Assembly: GCF_964188315.1 (NCBI RefSeq)
Contig: NC_135656.1
Location: 8,556,001-8,620,000, forward strand
From: Podarcis muralis
Lineage: Eukaryota
DNA: 64,000 bases
Direction: 5' to 3'
The notes under the pieces were generated by a model. It did not search any database. It was not told the DNA's origin and worked only from the letters and a program-made list of their open reading frames with translations. Shown one piece after another: positions 49,915-62,500 of this stretch; within the stretch, counting starts at the first letter, position 1; each line of letters starts with the position of its first letter. The position numbers and the translations under genes are program-made.

Positions 49915-51580
49915 TCAACAAGGGAAACCCACATGACCTGAAGGTGTTGCTGTGCAATGCTAGGTCAATGATTCATAAGACCACTGCCATCCATGACTTG
50001 ATCGTGGATGGAGGATTTGTCCTGGCATGTGTAACAGAGACTTGGTTGGATGAAGCAGATGGTTCTGTCCTAGCTGCTGCTTGTCCACTAGGTTTCTCTT
50101 ACACACAGCAACCCAGGTCATGTGGGCGGGGGGGGGGGGGTTGCAGTGATTTTTAGAAAGTCACTAGCTTGCATCAGGCGTCCTACTGGGAAGACCCAGT
50201 TCTCTGAGTGCATGTTCTGGAAGCTGGGCAATAGGGGCAGTACAGGATTCCTTTTGGTGTACTGACCTCCCCACTGCACCAAGGATTCCCTGCCCGAGCT
50301 GCTTCAGGTCATGGCGGATGTTCTCCTGGAGACACCTAGTTTGGTTGTCCTAGGGGATTTTAACATCCATGCCAACACGACCTTACAAGGGGCTGCTTGG
50401 GACTTCGTGGAAAGCATGGCCTCCATGGGGCTGTCCCTGAATAAGTTTGGCCCAACTCATAGTCACGGACATGCCTTAGACCTGGTGTTCACCTCTAGTG
50501 ATGTGGATGATCTGACACTAGGTAAAAGTGGAACAAAAGAAGTGCCATGGTCAGATCACTTCCTGGTGCAACTGGACTTCTCTGTGACCCTTCTCCTCTG
50601 CAGGGAGGTGGGGCCAATTCGGATGGTTCGCCCCCGCCACTTAATGGATCCAAATGGTTTCCAGAGAGTGGTAGGGCATGCTTTATCCCATGTTGATGGC
50701 CTTTCAGCTGATTCCCTGGTGGCCCACTGGAATGCGGAGTTAACCAGGGCTATCAACTGTCTGGCTCCAAAGCGCCCTCTCCGATTGCATGGAGCCCAGA
50801 CAGCCCCATGTTTTTCTTTTCAGCTGAGGGAGAGGAAACAATCGCTGAGACGGCTAGAGTGCCGGTGGCAGAAAACTCATTCTGAATTGGACCGGACACA
50901 GGTTAGAGCTCAACGTTGAGCCTATCAAGTGGCGATAGCGACGGTGAAGAAGACTTTCTTCACCGCCTCTATTGCATCTGAAGAAAATAGTAGCAGGAGA
51001 CTCTTTCAGGTGGTTTGCAATTTAACGGAACCACCTTTACCACCAGGGCCTTGTAAAGACCCCAAGATCTCCTGCAACGATTTTGCAAATTTTTTTGCAG
51101 ATAAAGTCGCTCATATTCGGAAGGAGGTAGACACCACCGTGGGAGCAGGGCCGGGGCGGGAGAGTGCTAGAGCCCTGTCTGGTCAAGTTGCATGGAATCA
51201 ATTTTAATCCGTTAGCCCCGAGAATGTGGTCCTGTGTGAGTGCTTAGAGGCGGTTGGAGGATGGGTGGCAGCTAATGGATTGAGGTTGAATCCTGACAAT
51301 ATAGATGTACTGTTCTTGGGGGACAGGAGGTGGGCTGGTGTGAAGGACTCCCTGGTCCTGCATGGGGTAACTGTGCCCCTGAAGGACCAGGTGCGCAGCC
51401 TGGGAGTCATTTTGGACTCACAGCTGTCCATGGAGGCACAGGTCAATTCTGTATCCAGGGCATTTTTAATGTGTGACTTTTTAATGTATTTTTATTTCAT
51501 TTTTTTGGAAGCCGTCCAGAGTGGCTGGGGAAATCCAGCCAGATGGGCAGGGTACAAATATATTATTATTATTATTATCT
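49915..51580 (+). mobile_element. Internally deleted L2-clade LINE ORF2 (APE endonuclease plus post-RT region plus 3' tail)
   Basis: CNARS, CVTETWL, VVLGDFNIH, GHALDLVF, SDHFLV; jumps at about 51215 to GLRLNPD...VRSLGVILDSQLSME; frameshifts and stops. Confidence 0.85.
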
Positions 51581-52217
51581 ATCTATCATCTATCTATCCC
51601 CTCCCCCTTTTCCCTTTCTGTACTTCCCCATCCTTATAAAATTGAATATATATATATATTTTAAAAAGTTACAGCTCCACAGTTTTCTGTTTTTTTATGT
51701 TTGGTCACCCTGAAATCACTATCAAATCACACATGATGAATATGACCACAGAATGAACCACAAAACCCACAGAGCACAGCCAAGGAACAAACACTATATT
51801 AAAAACATTAATCCTCATGGATCGTCATGATTGTTAAATGGACTCCACCAAATTATATTGTAAGATCACACCAATGTCTATAGAATGACCGAAATAAAAA
51901 CACTATTGAAATGGTTCTGCATTAGCAAGAACCATTTGCTAATGTATTGAAATGACATTCATATTCATAGCTTCCACTGTGAAGAACTGCACCTGGAAAT
52001 TTTTGACGCTGCTAAACTTCAAGAATATCCAAGGCAGAGATTGTGATGATCTTACCTGTGAATGTAATTATCAAACCAACTAGATGGAGACCACCAAAGT
52101 AACCATGAAAAACAATCACCTGTCTTGTGTCAATTCAGCTACAAATGGTTTTGGGACAAGAGTTTGTTGTTTTGGGGGGGGGGGTAATTATAAATGGAGG
52201 TTTAACCGCAAGTTTTC

Positions 52218-52883
52218 TTGCCGACAGATTTTGTCAGTGCAAACTTTGAAATAGGGGGTCACAAACATGGATTGAACCACTCTGTGATTGATGCAATAAC
52301 ATCCTTCTTAGAATGTCTGTATGAGATGGATTCAAAATATCTCTATAGTTTTGCGGACTGGTCATTTTTTGCACCAACTGATATACCCAGGCAACGTAAT
52401 TCCAGTGACTACGGTCCTTTCACATGTACCATTGCCCATCTGATTGCTTCTGCTGCCCAATAACAGTTCATACAAAGGGATATGGCTGCCATTAGACCCT
52501 GGATTGCAAAAGAAATAAAACAGTACAGTGGGAAAACCTATTTTGAAGGACAAGACAAATATTTTCAAGTGGAAATTGATGCTGTTCCTCCCAAGAAGAG
52601 ACAAATCTTGAAAGAGAGTCACATTACTGTGTCTCGATCATGCCCAGAGGGATGGAAGGATACACTAACCTATTGCTCAGATATTTTACCTTCCTTGTTT
52701 GAAGGCTGCTGGACACTATGTTTTTTGAAGGAAGGGGGCAGGAGGTCCAGTGGTGACCTAACTGTGGTTTACTGTGAAGGAAACTGCAAGGACTGGTACC
52801 ACTGCTTTCGCATAGGCATTGATTCAAAAGATCTTCCAGAGGTTTTCGTGTGTCCAGACTGTCAATCCACTGTGGCCAAATAG
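52218..52883 (+). pseudogene. Decayed Ulp1/C48 protease C-terminus fused to a PHD finger, probably transposon-derived
   Basis: DIPRQRNSSDYGPF.C...F.Q.DM..IR.WIA.EI (catalytic Cys codon now TAC) with in-frame TAA at 52461, then CEGNC..WYH..(R)IGI...LPE.F.CPDC. Confidence 0.65.
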
Positions 52884-53029
52884 ATTTTAAAACAGCGAAC
52901 TGTCATATTCCACAGGTTGGTATAATGCAGCAAAATCCAAACATATAGTTTTCATCATCATGGCAGGGATGGTCCTTTTCCATAGAATTCTTATTCATGG
53001 AGTTGGTTTTTATATCCTGCTTTTCTCTA

Positions 53030-53228
53030 CTTGAAGGAATCTCAAAGTGGCTAAAAATCTCCTTTCCCTTCCACCCCCACAACAGACACCTTGTGAGGTA
53101 GGTGGGGCTGAGAGAGTTCAGAGAGAAGTGTGACTGGCCCAAGGTCACCCAGCAGCTGCATGTGGAGGAGCGGGGAAGCGAACCCAGCTCACCAGATTAG
53201 AGTCCACCGCTCTTAACCACTACACCAC
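53030..53228 (-). mobile_element. MIR/Ther1-like tRNA-CORE SINE (Squam3-like)
   Basis: gtggtgtagtggttaagagc...ggttcgcttcc...gctgggtgaccttgggccagtcac...cctacctcacaagg. Confidence 0.75.
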
Positions 53229-54257
53229 AGAAACGTATCTCTTAAAACTCTGGAGCAAGCTGTTCAGTTCAGCCTCATAGTGATACTGATTTGCGGAGGG
53301 AAGGTTGGTGATGAGCAAGATCTGTTCCCATTGCCCAACACAGAGACCATAGAGCAGTTTCTGTTGGGGGCTGAACCTGCAGAGTGTTTCTGTTCAGAAT
53401 TTCCGTGGCAGAAATCGGCTAAGTGCCTTTATAAACATTCAGCTTCTCAAATCGAACACCATCGTGAATCTTTCAGGTGTAGCTGTTGGAGGTGGAGGGC
53501 AGAGAAGGTGCTAGTCCTTACCTCCCTCCTCCCAGCCCCATGATCAGTTGCCCAATGGGCTGAATTTCAGGGCTTTTGCATGTAAAGGGCAAGCTTATTC
53601 TTTACTTGTTTAGACTCTTTAAACTTGGGAAGAGATATTTGGCTCCATGACCACAATGACCAAAAGGGTCAGCTTCTAGAGATCATGGAAAGATCATGAT
53701 TGTACTTCCCCTACCCTCAGCCCTAACTCCGTTGAGTATTTTTTGTTATGAGACTGAGTGTTTGGGGCTGATGCTGTAGCATTCTTGTCTGGGGACTTGG
53801 TGGAAAAACAGAAAAGTGACCCTCACCTAACTCTCCAATGCCCTTCAACAAGAATGCTGTAGGAAGTATTGCTAAGCCCAAAGGGAGGCAAGAATTTGCT
53901 TCAGCTCACCCTGTTAATGGAAGAGCAAAAGCTATGTGTGTGTCATTCTCAATCAGTCTACTACTTTCAGGACTGATTTTAGAACCCTCTTACATCAGGC
54001 CCCATGGTCACTGGAGGTGGCCCCATCATGCAGACTTGACTATCCACACAGGGACCATCTATTTTTATTTTTTCCTGATACTGGATTTTAAGTTACAGTT
54101 ACATCTTTTAAAACAGCTGTCCGTATATCGCACTGTATTCCACCTGCCTTCCAAAGGAACACGTGGCTCTCCCCACATAGCAGGTTAGGTTGAGACTGCT
54201 GATCCAAAATGATCAGTAATTTTTACGGTAATTACAATCCTGCTTTCCCTTGTACCA

Positions 54258-54420
54258 GCTTACCTTGACTTCAGTAAGGCCTTTGAAAAGGTCCCCCATG
54301 ATATTATTGCAAAAAAGCTAGTAAAATGTGGGCTAGACAAAGCTACTGTTAGGTGGATTTGTAATTGGTTGACGGGCTGAACCCAAAGAGTGCTCATCAG
54401 TGGCTCATCTTCATCCTGGA
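54258..54420 (+). mobile_element. CR1 reverse-transcriptase fragment
   Basis: YLDFSKAFEKVPH..KLVKCGLD..VRWI.NWL..QRV. Confidence 0.8.
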
Positions 54421-55116
54421 AAAAAATGATAGTTTATAAATTTTACCCAAAAGGTAGAACTCTGTTATGATGGACTCAAATCCTGTCTTTTCACTGATTT
54501 AAATGTTTGCCATACAGTCTTTCTTGAATCTGGATATTAGTTGACAGTATGTAAGCAGTTTCATATTTTTTCTCCTCTTTAATACTTTGGCGTGTATTTG
54601 ATCTGTTCTTGAAGATGAACCATATCCTGGTACAATATATAGTCATATATTCTCCTATCGGCTCTAATAATAATGTTCCAGTGGTGACATTAACAGTGCA
54701 GGTAAGGACATTTTTGTGATTTTTGTAGTGCAACTCATGATTTTTGTGGTGCAGGGTGTGCCCCTGGCTACGATGTGTGATTTGACGGGGAGTTTGGGGA
54801 GCCCCAATGTGAAAAGAGTGAGGATCCATGAGGATCCGTGCTTCAAAACCACATTTTTGGGCCATGGAGTGGCCAGGAAGCTGTGGGTCCTAGCTTTTGT
54901 GTTGCAGGCTGTGCCCCTGGCTATGACGTGTGATTTGACGGTGATTTAGGGATGGCCCAATGCAAAAAGCATGAGGATCCATGAGGATCCGTGCTTCAAA
55001 ACCACGTTTTTGGGCCACGGTATGACCATGGCCGTGGATCCGAGTTATTTGTGGTGCAGGCTGTGCCGCTGGACATGATGTGTGATTTGATGGTGAGTTT
55101 GGGGTGGCCCAGGGAC

Positions 55117-55117
<1 letters not shown>

Positions 55118-55158
<41 letters not shown>

Positions 55159-56057
55159 CTTTATTCGGCTATAAGCCCACAAGGTAAAACCAATCAATAA
55201 ATAAAATAGCATTTTACATTCTAAAATATCAACTAAAATATTTCAACGCATAATCTCCTTCACGTTACATACAATCTCTAGATGTACCATATTGTGGCCT
55301 TGAATATAACGATGGTGGATAAAGTTTACTAGATTTTTAATAGTCATGCAGCATTCCATGAAGTCTTTTATATGAAAGAACTGAATTCAGGAATCTGGCA
55401 ACCTGTAATGTTCTATAAGAGTCAATGTCCTGAAGTAGATAGGCTAGATGCAATTCAGGTGGTTTAGCAACAGTTTCCAAAATGATTGAACTCAGAATCC
55501 TTGATCGGGGAACAATATATAAAGGACAATTGAACAAGATATGATAAAGGGATTCTATTGATTTGTTGTCACATGCGCATAAAACAGAGGTTTTACCGTT
55601 AGAAAATCTATTGCTCAGCACATTTGAGGGGAATACATTAAATCTGGCTCTAACAAAAGCGAATCTATGCGATGCAACCAATAAGGTAGACAGATATCGA
55701 GGTATCTGGGACATAAATGTAATGCACTGATTTATCGGGGAACATGTACCTCCACCTGTAGTAAGATTTTGTTGCAAATCAACCTCCTCCAATCTTTGAT
55801 GACCTTTTTTGCTGTAATTAGATCTAAGTTTAGTATATCGGAAGGCGACATTCCATAAGACAACAGTTTGGAATGGATTTTTGTTGCCCATGGGCTGGTA
55901 AATTCATCTCTCCAAAGGCACTGAATAAGATGGTAATTGGGCAATTTATGCCAAAGGGACAGCCAGTAATTAAAGGCATGTCTCCACAACAGGATCTCTA
56001 AGGAGGGGGTATTAAGTTCTAAGCGAATAGCCGAGTTGCTTACACAGGAGGGTAGTT
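55118..56057 (-). mobile_element. 5'-truncated non-LTR retrotransposon with CCHC knuckle (RTE-X-like), inserted into a SINE head
   Basis: RFAFVRARF...LCACDNKSIESLYHILFNCPLY; aataaagt(atct)n tail; 11-bp TSD GCCCAGGGACA (55107-55117 and 56058-56068). Confidence 0.82.
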
Positions 56058-56062
56058 GCCCA

Positions 56063-56404
56063 GGGACACAGGTGGCGCTGTGGGTTAAACCACAGAGCCT
56101 AGGACTTGCCGATCAGAAGGTCGGCGGTTCGACTCCCCGCAACGGGGTGAGCCCCCCTTGCTCGGTCCCTGCTTCTGCCAACCTAGCAGTTCGAAAGCAC
56201 GTCAAAGTGCAAGTAGATAAATAGGCGGGAAGGTAAAGGGCATTTCGGTGCGCTGCTCTGGTTTGCCAGAAGCGGCTTAGTCATGCTGGCACATGACCTG
56301 GAAGCTGTACGCCGGCTCCCTCGGCCAATAAAGCGAGATGAGTGCCGCAACCCCAGAGTCGGTCACGACTGGACCTAATGGTCAGGGGTCCCTTTACCTT
56401 TACC
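56063..56404 (+). mobile_element. Full-length Sauria SINE inserted in the satellite
   Basis: 13-bp TSD TTGGGGTGGCCCA (55099-55111 and 56405-56417). Confidence 0.9.
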
Positions 56405-57960
56405 TTGGGGTGGCCCAATGGAAAAAGCGTGAGGGTCCATGAGGATCCGTGCTTCAAAACCACGTTTTGGGGCCATGGTATGACCAGGAAGCCGTGGATC
56501 CGAGTTTTTTGTGGTGCAAGCTATGCCCCTGGGCATGATGTGTGATTTGATGGTGATTTAGGGGTGGCCCAGAGCAAAAAGCGTGAGGATCCGTGAGGAT
56601 CTGTGCTTCAAAACCACGTTTTTGGGCCATGGGGTGGCCAGCAAGCTGTGGGTCCGAGTTTTTGTGTTGCAGCCTGTGCCCCTGGCTATGACGTGTGATT
56701 TGATGGTGATTTAGGGGTGGCCCAATGCAAGAAGCATGAGGATCCAGGAGGATCCGTGCTTCAAAACCACGTTTTTGGGCCATGGTATGACCAGGAAGCC
56801 GTGGATCCGAGTTTTTTGTGGTGCAGGCTGTGCCGCTGGACATGATGTGTGATTTGACGGTGAGTTTGGGGTGGCCCAATGCAAAAAGTGTGAGGATCCA
56901 GGAGGATCCGTGCTTCAAAACCACGTTTTTGGGCTACGGTGTCGCCAGGAAGCTGTGGATTCGTGATTTTTGTGATGGATACTATGCCCATGGCCATGAT
57001 ATTTGATCTGATGGTGACTTTGGCCTGATCTAATGCAAAAATCATGAGGATCCATCAGGATCCGTGTTTTTTAACCATGTTTTTGCTCCATTTCGGCAGC
57101 ACGAAACAGTGGGTGCGTGCTTTTTTTGGTTCTGCTTACAGACTAAAAAGTGGTCTACAGTATCATGGTGTTTTTATTTTGTTTCACTATAAAAATCATA
57201 TGAATTCATGAGGATCTATGCCTCGGATCCATGTTTTTGTGGTGCTGCATACACATTTTTGATAGTCCAGTCTGTAGGCGTGCCTTCCAGGTGTGATTTG
57301 ACACTGCATTTGTTGGAGTTATTTTTTAAAAAGTGGAGGATCCATGAGGATCCGTGTAGATCGGCCTTTAACTCAGACCCAAGTGCACAATTTATCAAGA
57401 ACTGAATCCTACACAGGAGTAGACCCACCGGTTAGGCTTTAGTGGGTCTGCTCTGGAGGAGGCTCTGAAAAACAGGATGACAGCGTGCCTTAAGACCGGC
57501 CAAGATCATGTGAACAGAGTCAATATTTTAATTAATATTGGTTTATTAATTGGTTTATTAATTACAAGCAAACAGCAAAGAACCTGCACAAACAATGCTG
57601 ACACCGAACCCTACGTATAGTAAGTAAAGTAGAAAAATCGCCACCCGACCCCACCCCCACCCATCTTTCCCCCCCTCCAACTCTTTCCCCTTTTCTTCCT
57701 AATGTCTCAACAAATGAAAATGATTTATAAAAATGTTACATAGGGGGGGAAATACATGAGAGACATTGCACACTTTTGTAAATCAACAAAAGCTTAAATA
57801 AATAAATAAATAAATAAATAACTACTAGTCATAAAAAAGCGCCTCCTCACCTGAAGGACATCAAAGCCCACCTGAAGTCCCAAAACAAAACTATCAAAAC
57901 CATGATCCACGCAGATCCATGCGTGTATGGAGCGATCTGCGTTGATCTGGATCTGATAGT

Positions 57961-58959
57961 TTACGACTCCCTGTTGTAGGGTATAACATGTATAATAGTA
58001 TGTTTTGGGACTTCAGGTGGACTTTGATGTCCTTCAGGTGAGCTTTGGGGCGTACGGCTTTCCTCCATCTCTACTGCGCAGGATTCCTCTGGAATTACAA
58101 GATCTTTTGCACATCTTTCCTCCATCTCCACTGTGGAGGATTTCTCTTGAATTACCAGGTCCAGCAGAGAACCACACTTCGAACAAGTAGTAAGACTCTC
58201 GCTTTTCACCGCGCTTCCTGGGGTAATCACCACTACAGTTTCTATTAGAGATGTATCTGTTGTGGTGGTCCTGATGCAACATCTCTCAATCCCAACCAAT
58301 GCTGCACTCAGCAGCTGGAAACCTGCAGCGATATAGCCTAGATAAATAGAAGGTCCAATATGCTGCTCGCTGGGAATTTGAGGCAATTCAAAAGTTTCAG
58401 GGAAGTCAATTTCCCCATTTTGCAAGACAGCAGACATGTTCCATACCACAGAAATCAGGACGAGTATCCCTGCAACTAAGTTCAGGAAAGCTCCAAGCCT
58501 AAAAAAGCGAAAGAGAAAATCCTTATGTTTTCTGGGCTTGAACACATTGTACAAGGCAAATGAAATTAATCCCAGGGCCACTGAATTCATAATTGAAGCT
58601 AGTGCCATTAAATCCTGTGCAATAAAAATTTCCTTCGGGAGGGTTGGATGCTGCTCATCGAGGTCTTCGCAATGCCAAAAAGAGTTTCCGTCGTTAGAAG
58701 GGTCTTTCCAAAAGCAGACATCCCAGATTCCAATCCAGATGTTTCCAGAGCCGATTCCCTCGATGTTTTCCACACTCCACACTCGCCAGTTGACACTGAG
58801 TGTTGACAAAATGCACATTGACAAGGCCAAAATATCCACCAGGCATGCAGATATCTGGAGGCCGGAAACTAAGCTCAGCCATTGGACCACCAGGGAGCCT
58901 TCTTTCACCCACATGGGGGGTTTGGAGAGGAGGGGACCAGGGGAGACATTGGCAGACAT
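57961..58959 (-). CDS. CLDN34: Claudin-34-like gene, copy D (332 aa; 5 aa differences from C)
   Basis: Intact ORF; differences from C counted by eye: F/C, A/S, N/D, T/M, S/R. Confidence 0.88.
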   Translation of the reverse strand: MSANVSPGPLLSKPPMWVKEGSLVVQWLSLVSGLQISACLVDILALSMCILSTLSVNWRVWSVENIEGIGSGNIWIGIWDVCFWKDPSNDGNSFWHCEDLDEQHPTLPKEIFIAQDLMALASIMNSVALGLISFALYNVFKPRKHKDFLFRFFRLGAFLNLVAGILVLISVVWNMSAVLQNGEIDFPETFELPQIPSEQHIGPSIYLGYIAAGFQLLSAALVGIERCCIRTTTTDTSLIETVVVITPGSAVKSESLTTCSKCGSLLDLVIQEKSSTVEMEERCAKDLVIPEESCAVEMEESRTPQSSPEGHQSPPEVPKHTIIHVIPYNRES

Positions 58960-59263
58960 CCTGGAAACAAAAGAGAAGACAAGATGCAGTGAGAGAGGGA
59001 ATAACAAGCATGTCTAGTCATTGAAGGACATCCTCCCTCCTGCATTCTTCCTTCCATGCACAAAAAGAAGCAGCAAAAGAAAAAGTTCCTGCTCTCTCCC
59101 ACCCCCTGGTTAGGTAGAGACATCTGATCCAGAGAAGCCGACACTCATACTTTCTTCCAGCACACTGCTACTGATTTAATCTACTGTTGCATTGTTCCTG
59201 TGAAAATGGCCAGAACCTCAGCAAGCTGTTGTGGATGGGAAGCTGCTCATGATTTTGCTGTTT

Positions 59264-59588
59264 TGTGGGTTAAACCACAGAGCCTAGGACTTGCCGATCA
59301 GAAGGTTGGTGGTTTGAATCCCCGTGACGGGGTGAGCTCCCGTTGCTCGGTCCCTGCTCCTGCCAACCTAGCAGTTTGAAAGCACGTCAAAGTGCAAGTA
59401 GATAAATAGGTACCGCTCCGTTGGGAAGGTAAGCGGCGTTTCTGTGCACTGCTCTGGTTTGCCAGAAGCAGCTTAATAATGACCCAGAAGCTGTATGCCG
59501 GCTCCCTCGGCCAATAAAGCGAGATGAGCACCACAACCCCAGAGTCGGTCACAACTGGACCTAATGGTCGGGGTCCCTTTACCTTTAC
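59264..59588 (+). mobile_element. Sauria SINE; mirror of 45544-45867
   Basis: Same junctions. Confidence 0.88.
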
Positions 59589-62500
59589 TGCACCTATCTT
59601 TTCCCACTGAACATAAACACACCTGATGGCATAGTGAGGAATGTTTAATCCATAAACTTACGTGAAATGCCTTCCTCAGCTAGAGTCTAGCGTGCCAGGA
59701 ACAGAGCAGGTATTTGCTAGGTGCTCCTGAGCCTCAAGAAGACAGAGCGAGCTATTGGCCACTGAGCTGACGTTCGCCTGAGCAGCCGGCCAGCCACAGC
59801 AGCAACTGCTCTGCTGAATTCTTAGGTCAGTTACAGGCCAGTTAGAATCCTGACAACACCACAAATCATAACTCCAAGGTACTGGTCATTTGGAACATCA
59901 GGAAAGTGGAAAATGGGAGGGAACTCAGTTCCTTTCTTTCCCAATGCAGAGTGTCTATTCCAGGACACTGTGCAGTTAAAACGCGTTCTTCCTGAAGTCA
60001 GATTCAGAGCAGTTCCAGCAGTAAAAATGGTGATACAGTATGTGTATCTCAGTACAGATTTGTTTGATGGGTCTGAATGCATTTCATAAAGGATCTCCAT
60101 GTACAAGAAAGGCTAATAGAGTGAGGCCCTGAACCATAAGAATTTCCTTGGCAAAATGATTGAAGACTCCTTACCAACCTATCCTTCTTCTTCCCCATCC
60201 CATCTTGTTTGGACGTTATAGTAAGGGAGAAGATCTTAGCTCTTTTCCTTTGCACTGGGACCACATGGAATTTGTGCCATGCGACCCCATCCCTCACACC
60301 AATATAGGCTATACCATTTTCAGAACCTAGGTGTCCATGATTTAAAATCGCTTTCCTAAAAATATTTGTGTTGCTTTCTTTCTGTTCCTTTTGAAGGACC
60401 AACCACATCTGCTCTTGGGTCCCTGAAGCACAGATTCACACAAAGCGGCAAAACATCCTTGCAGGTTATTAACAGGATTTTATTTGAAGTGCATATGCAG
60501 AACAAAGGTACAGGGCGATAAGTACGCAACCTGCACACCCAGTCAGGGTGCGCCCCCTTGATATAGATTTGCAGAATAGAATACCACCTGATCTCTTGTA
60601 AGCCACCTGATTTCTTGTAAACCGAAAGTTATGGCAACTTCCAATGTCCTTACATGGGCTTGCCCCCCCCACCTTTTCCTTCCTGCACCAGCCTTTCCAC
60701 GCCATGAACCTCGACACGTGTTCAAATGTAAAACATGTGCTTTGTACTAATAGCATTAAGATGGGGCTTTGTCTCCTGCGTTATCCTCCTCCCTTTCAAC
60801 TTGCCTCCTTGTCTTCAGTCTCCCCCCGTCTGGGGCCACAATAACACCCATTCAACCTTGCTCTTATCTTTTACCCCTCTAAGCCAGACATTCCAAAGAG
60901 AGGCCCATTTTACTGTAACATTTAAGCAACAGAAAAAATCCTGTCCCGCTGGCTGGTGTAGAAACCTCCCCCCTTGGGGATAATATAGAACAATATTGTA
61001 ATATGCCCATTCACAAGCAAGGGGCCTAAATCCATCTATTTCACCTGAAATAATTCTGGGAGCCAGCCTTTAAAAATCTAAAGGAGATATCAAATTCAGA
61101 GGAATTAAAAGCTTCTTCCCGAGTGTGGGGATGTTTTCAGGGGCTCTTTGCTTTTCCCTGCCTCCCCTTTCATCCTCACCTGAGGAGATCTTGGCCATTC
61201 TCTTGACAGGGACCTCCCTTCTCAGGCCGGATTTCTGTTTTCCTTCATTCCTCCTTCTCCCCGCCTGGTTCCCTGAGCAAATAAGAGAGAGGAGGTTTCA
61301 TGCAAGTCAAGGTGTGCAATGGATCTTCAGGGCATTTGGGAGGAAGAAAAGGTTCAGGAACAAGCGACGCAGCCGCTCCCCAAGCGGAAAAACACATTTG
61401 GACACATCGCTCATGAGATCTGCCCCCCACCCTTTTAGGATATATATGCAGAACATCCTGTGCTCCTATTAATATACAAAGTGGGGTATTTCATATGATA
61501 AGAACAGAGAAAGCTGTCTTATACGGAGCCAGACCAATTTTGGGAAAGTGCTACATGGGCCAGTCCACCAATTGGCTACCAGTGATAACATAGCAAAACA
61601 CAAAATGGCTGCCATATGGTGAGGTATGAAATAAATTTGCCTGGCTGTGGGGCGTGAAGGCCGCACCCTGCAAGACCCTTTCCACGTGGCCTAGGCCCAG
61701 ACTCGCTAGCCCCACAAAAGAGGCTCCTCATGAGGCCAGAGGAACATGGCCTGGCTGTGGGGCATGATTCGAAACCTCCAGTCCCAGTCCGGTGCTCTAA
61801 CCACTAAACCACACTGCCCCCCCATTGCAGTCTATAACAGCCTGAAGGGCCACAGATGCCCCATATTCTCTGGCTCTGAGATTGTCAACTGTTCCCTCCC
61901 TTTCCCTTGTTGTGCAAAAAGAAAAATGCCCATGAGAAAATGTGACCTTTTTGGTTCTTTGGAGACAGTTCTGCTCCCCCGCCTCTCCAATTAAAGGAGC
62001 CTCATTCCTTTTCCCACCCAACTTCCTCCTGCGCGCAGCTTCAAAATTTCCATAAAGAACTAACTAACTAACCAACCATAATTGGAATGTACGAGATTAA
62101 GGAGATAATTTATTTTTATATAATGAAAATAAATGGGAGGATAAATTAATTGTGCAAGACAAGAATATATAGGATGGCAAAAATCAAAAGAAACAAAGAT
62201 TATGAGTTGGGTTCTTAAAATAACAACACCACATGCCTCCTCAGTGGATTTCAGAACAAATATGTCTCTCTTTTTTTAAATTACCCAAACACTGTAATGC
62301 AAGGAGTTGTAGTGACAATGCAGTGAGATTCTACTCAGAGTATGCCTATTGGAATGAATGGGTTTGAATTAGTTGTGTCCTTTAGTTTTTGCTTTTTATC
62401 TAGATAATACCTAATAAGGGATAGGGATTGGTTTGCTTTCTTTCTGTTCTTGTTTTTATTAAGTATTTTGTTGTGTTGTTGTTGAAATTCCACAAATTGC

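Larger units (their letters stand above)
54740..57130. repeat. ~154-bp GGATCC-rich tandem array, right arm (inverted), interrupted by a SINE and a LINE
   Basis: cacgtt at 56461, 56615, 56768 and 56922; more monomers at about 54740-55111. Confidence 0.88.
43357..61765. repeat. Inverted duplication pair 2 (convergent C/D): arms about 43357-48780 and 54420-61765, spacer about 5.6 kb
   Basis: Near-identical reverse-complement homology including shared SINEs and satellite. Confidence 0.92.

Noticed and set aside
52218-52883. SENP1 exon or pseudogene (SENP1 is near TMEM106C in human)
   Set aside because: Similarity is motif-level only, and the frame continues into a PHD finger, whereas SENP1 ends just after the protease domain.
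43357-61765. C/D inverted pair as a pure assembly artefact
   Set aside because: The arms differ by substitutions, indels and TE content. Long-read confirmation is still advisable.
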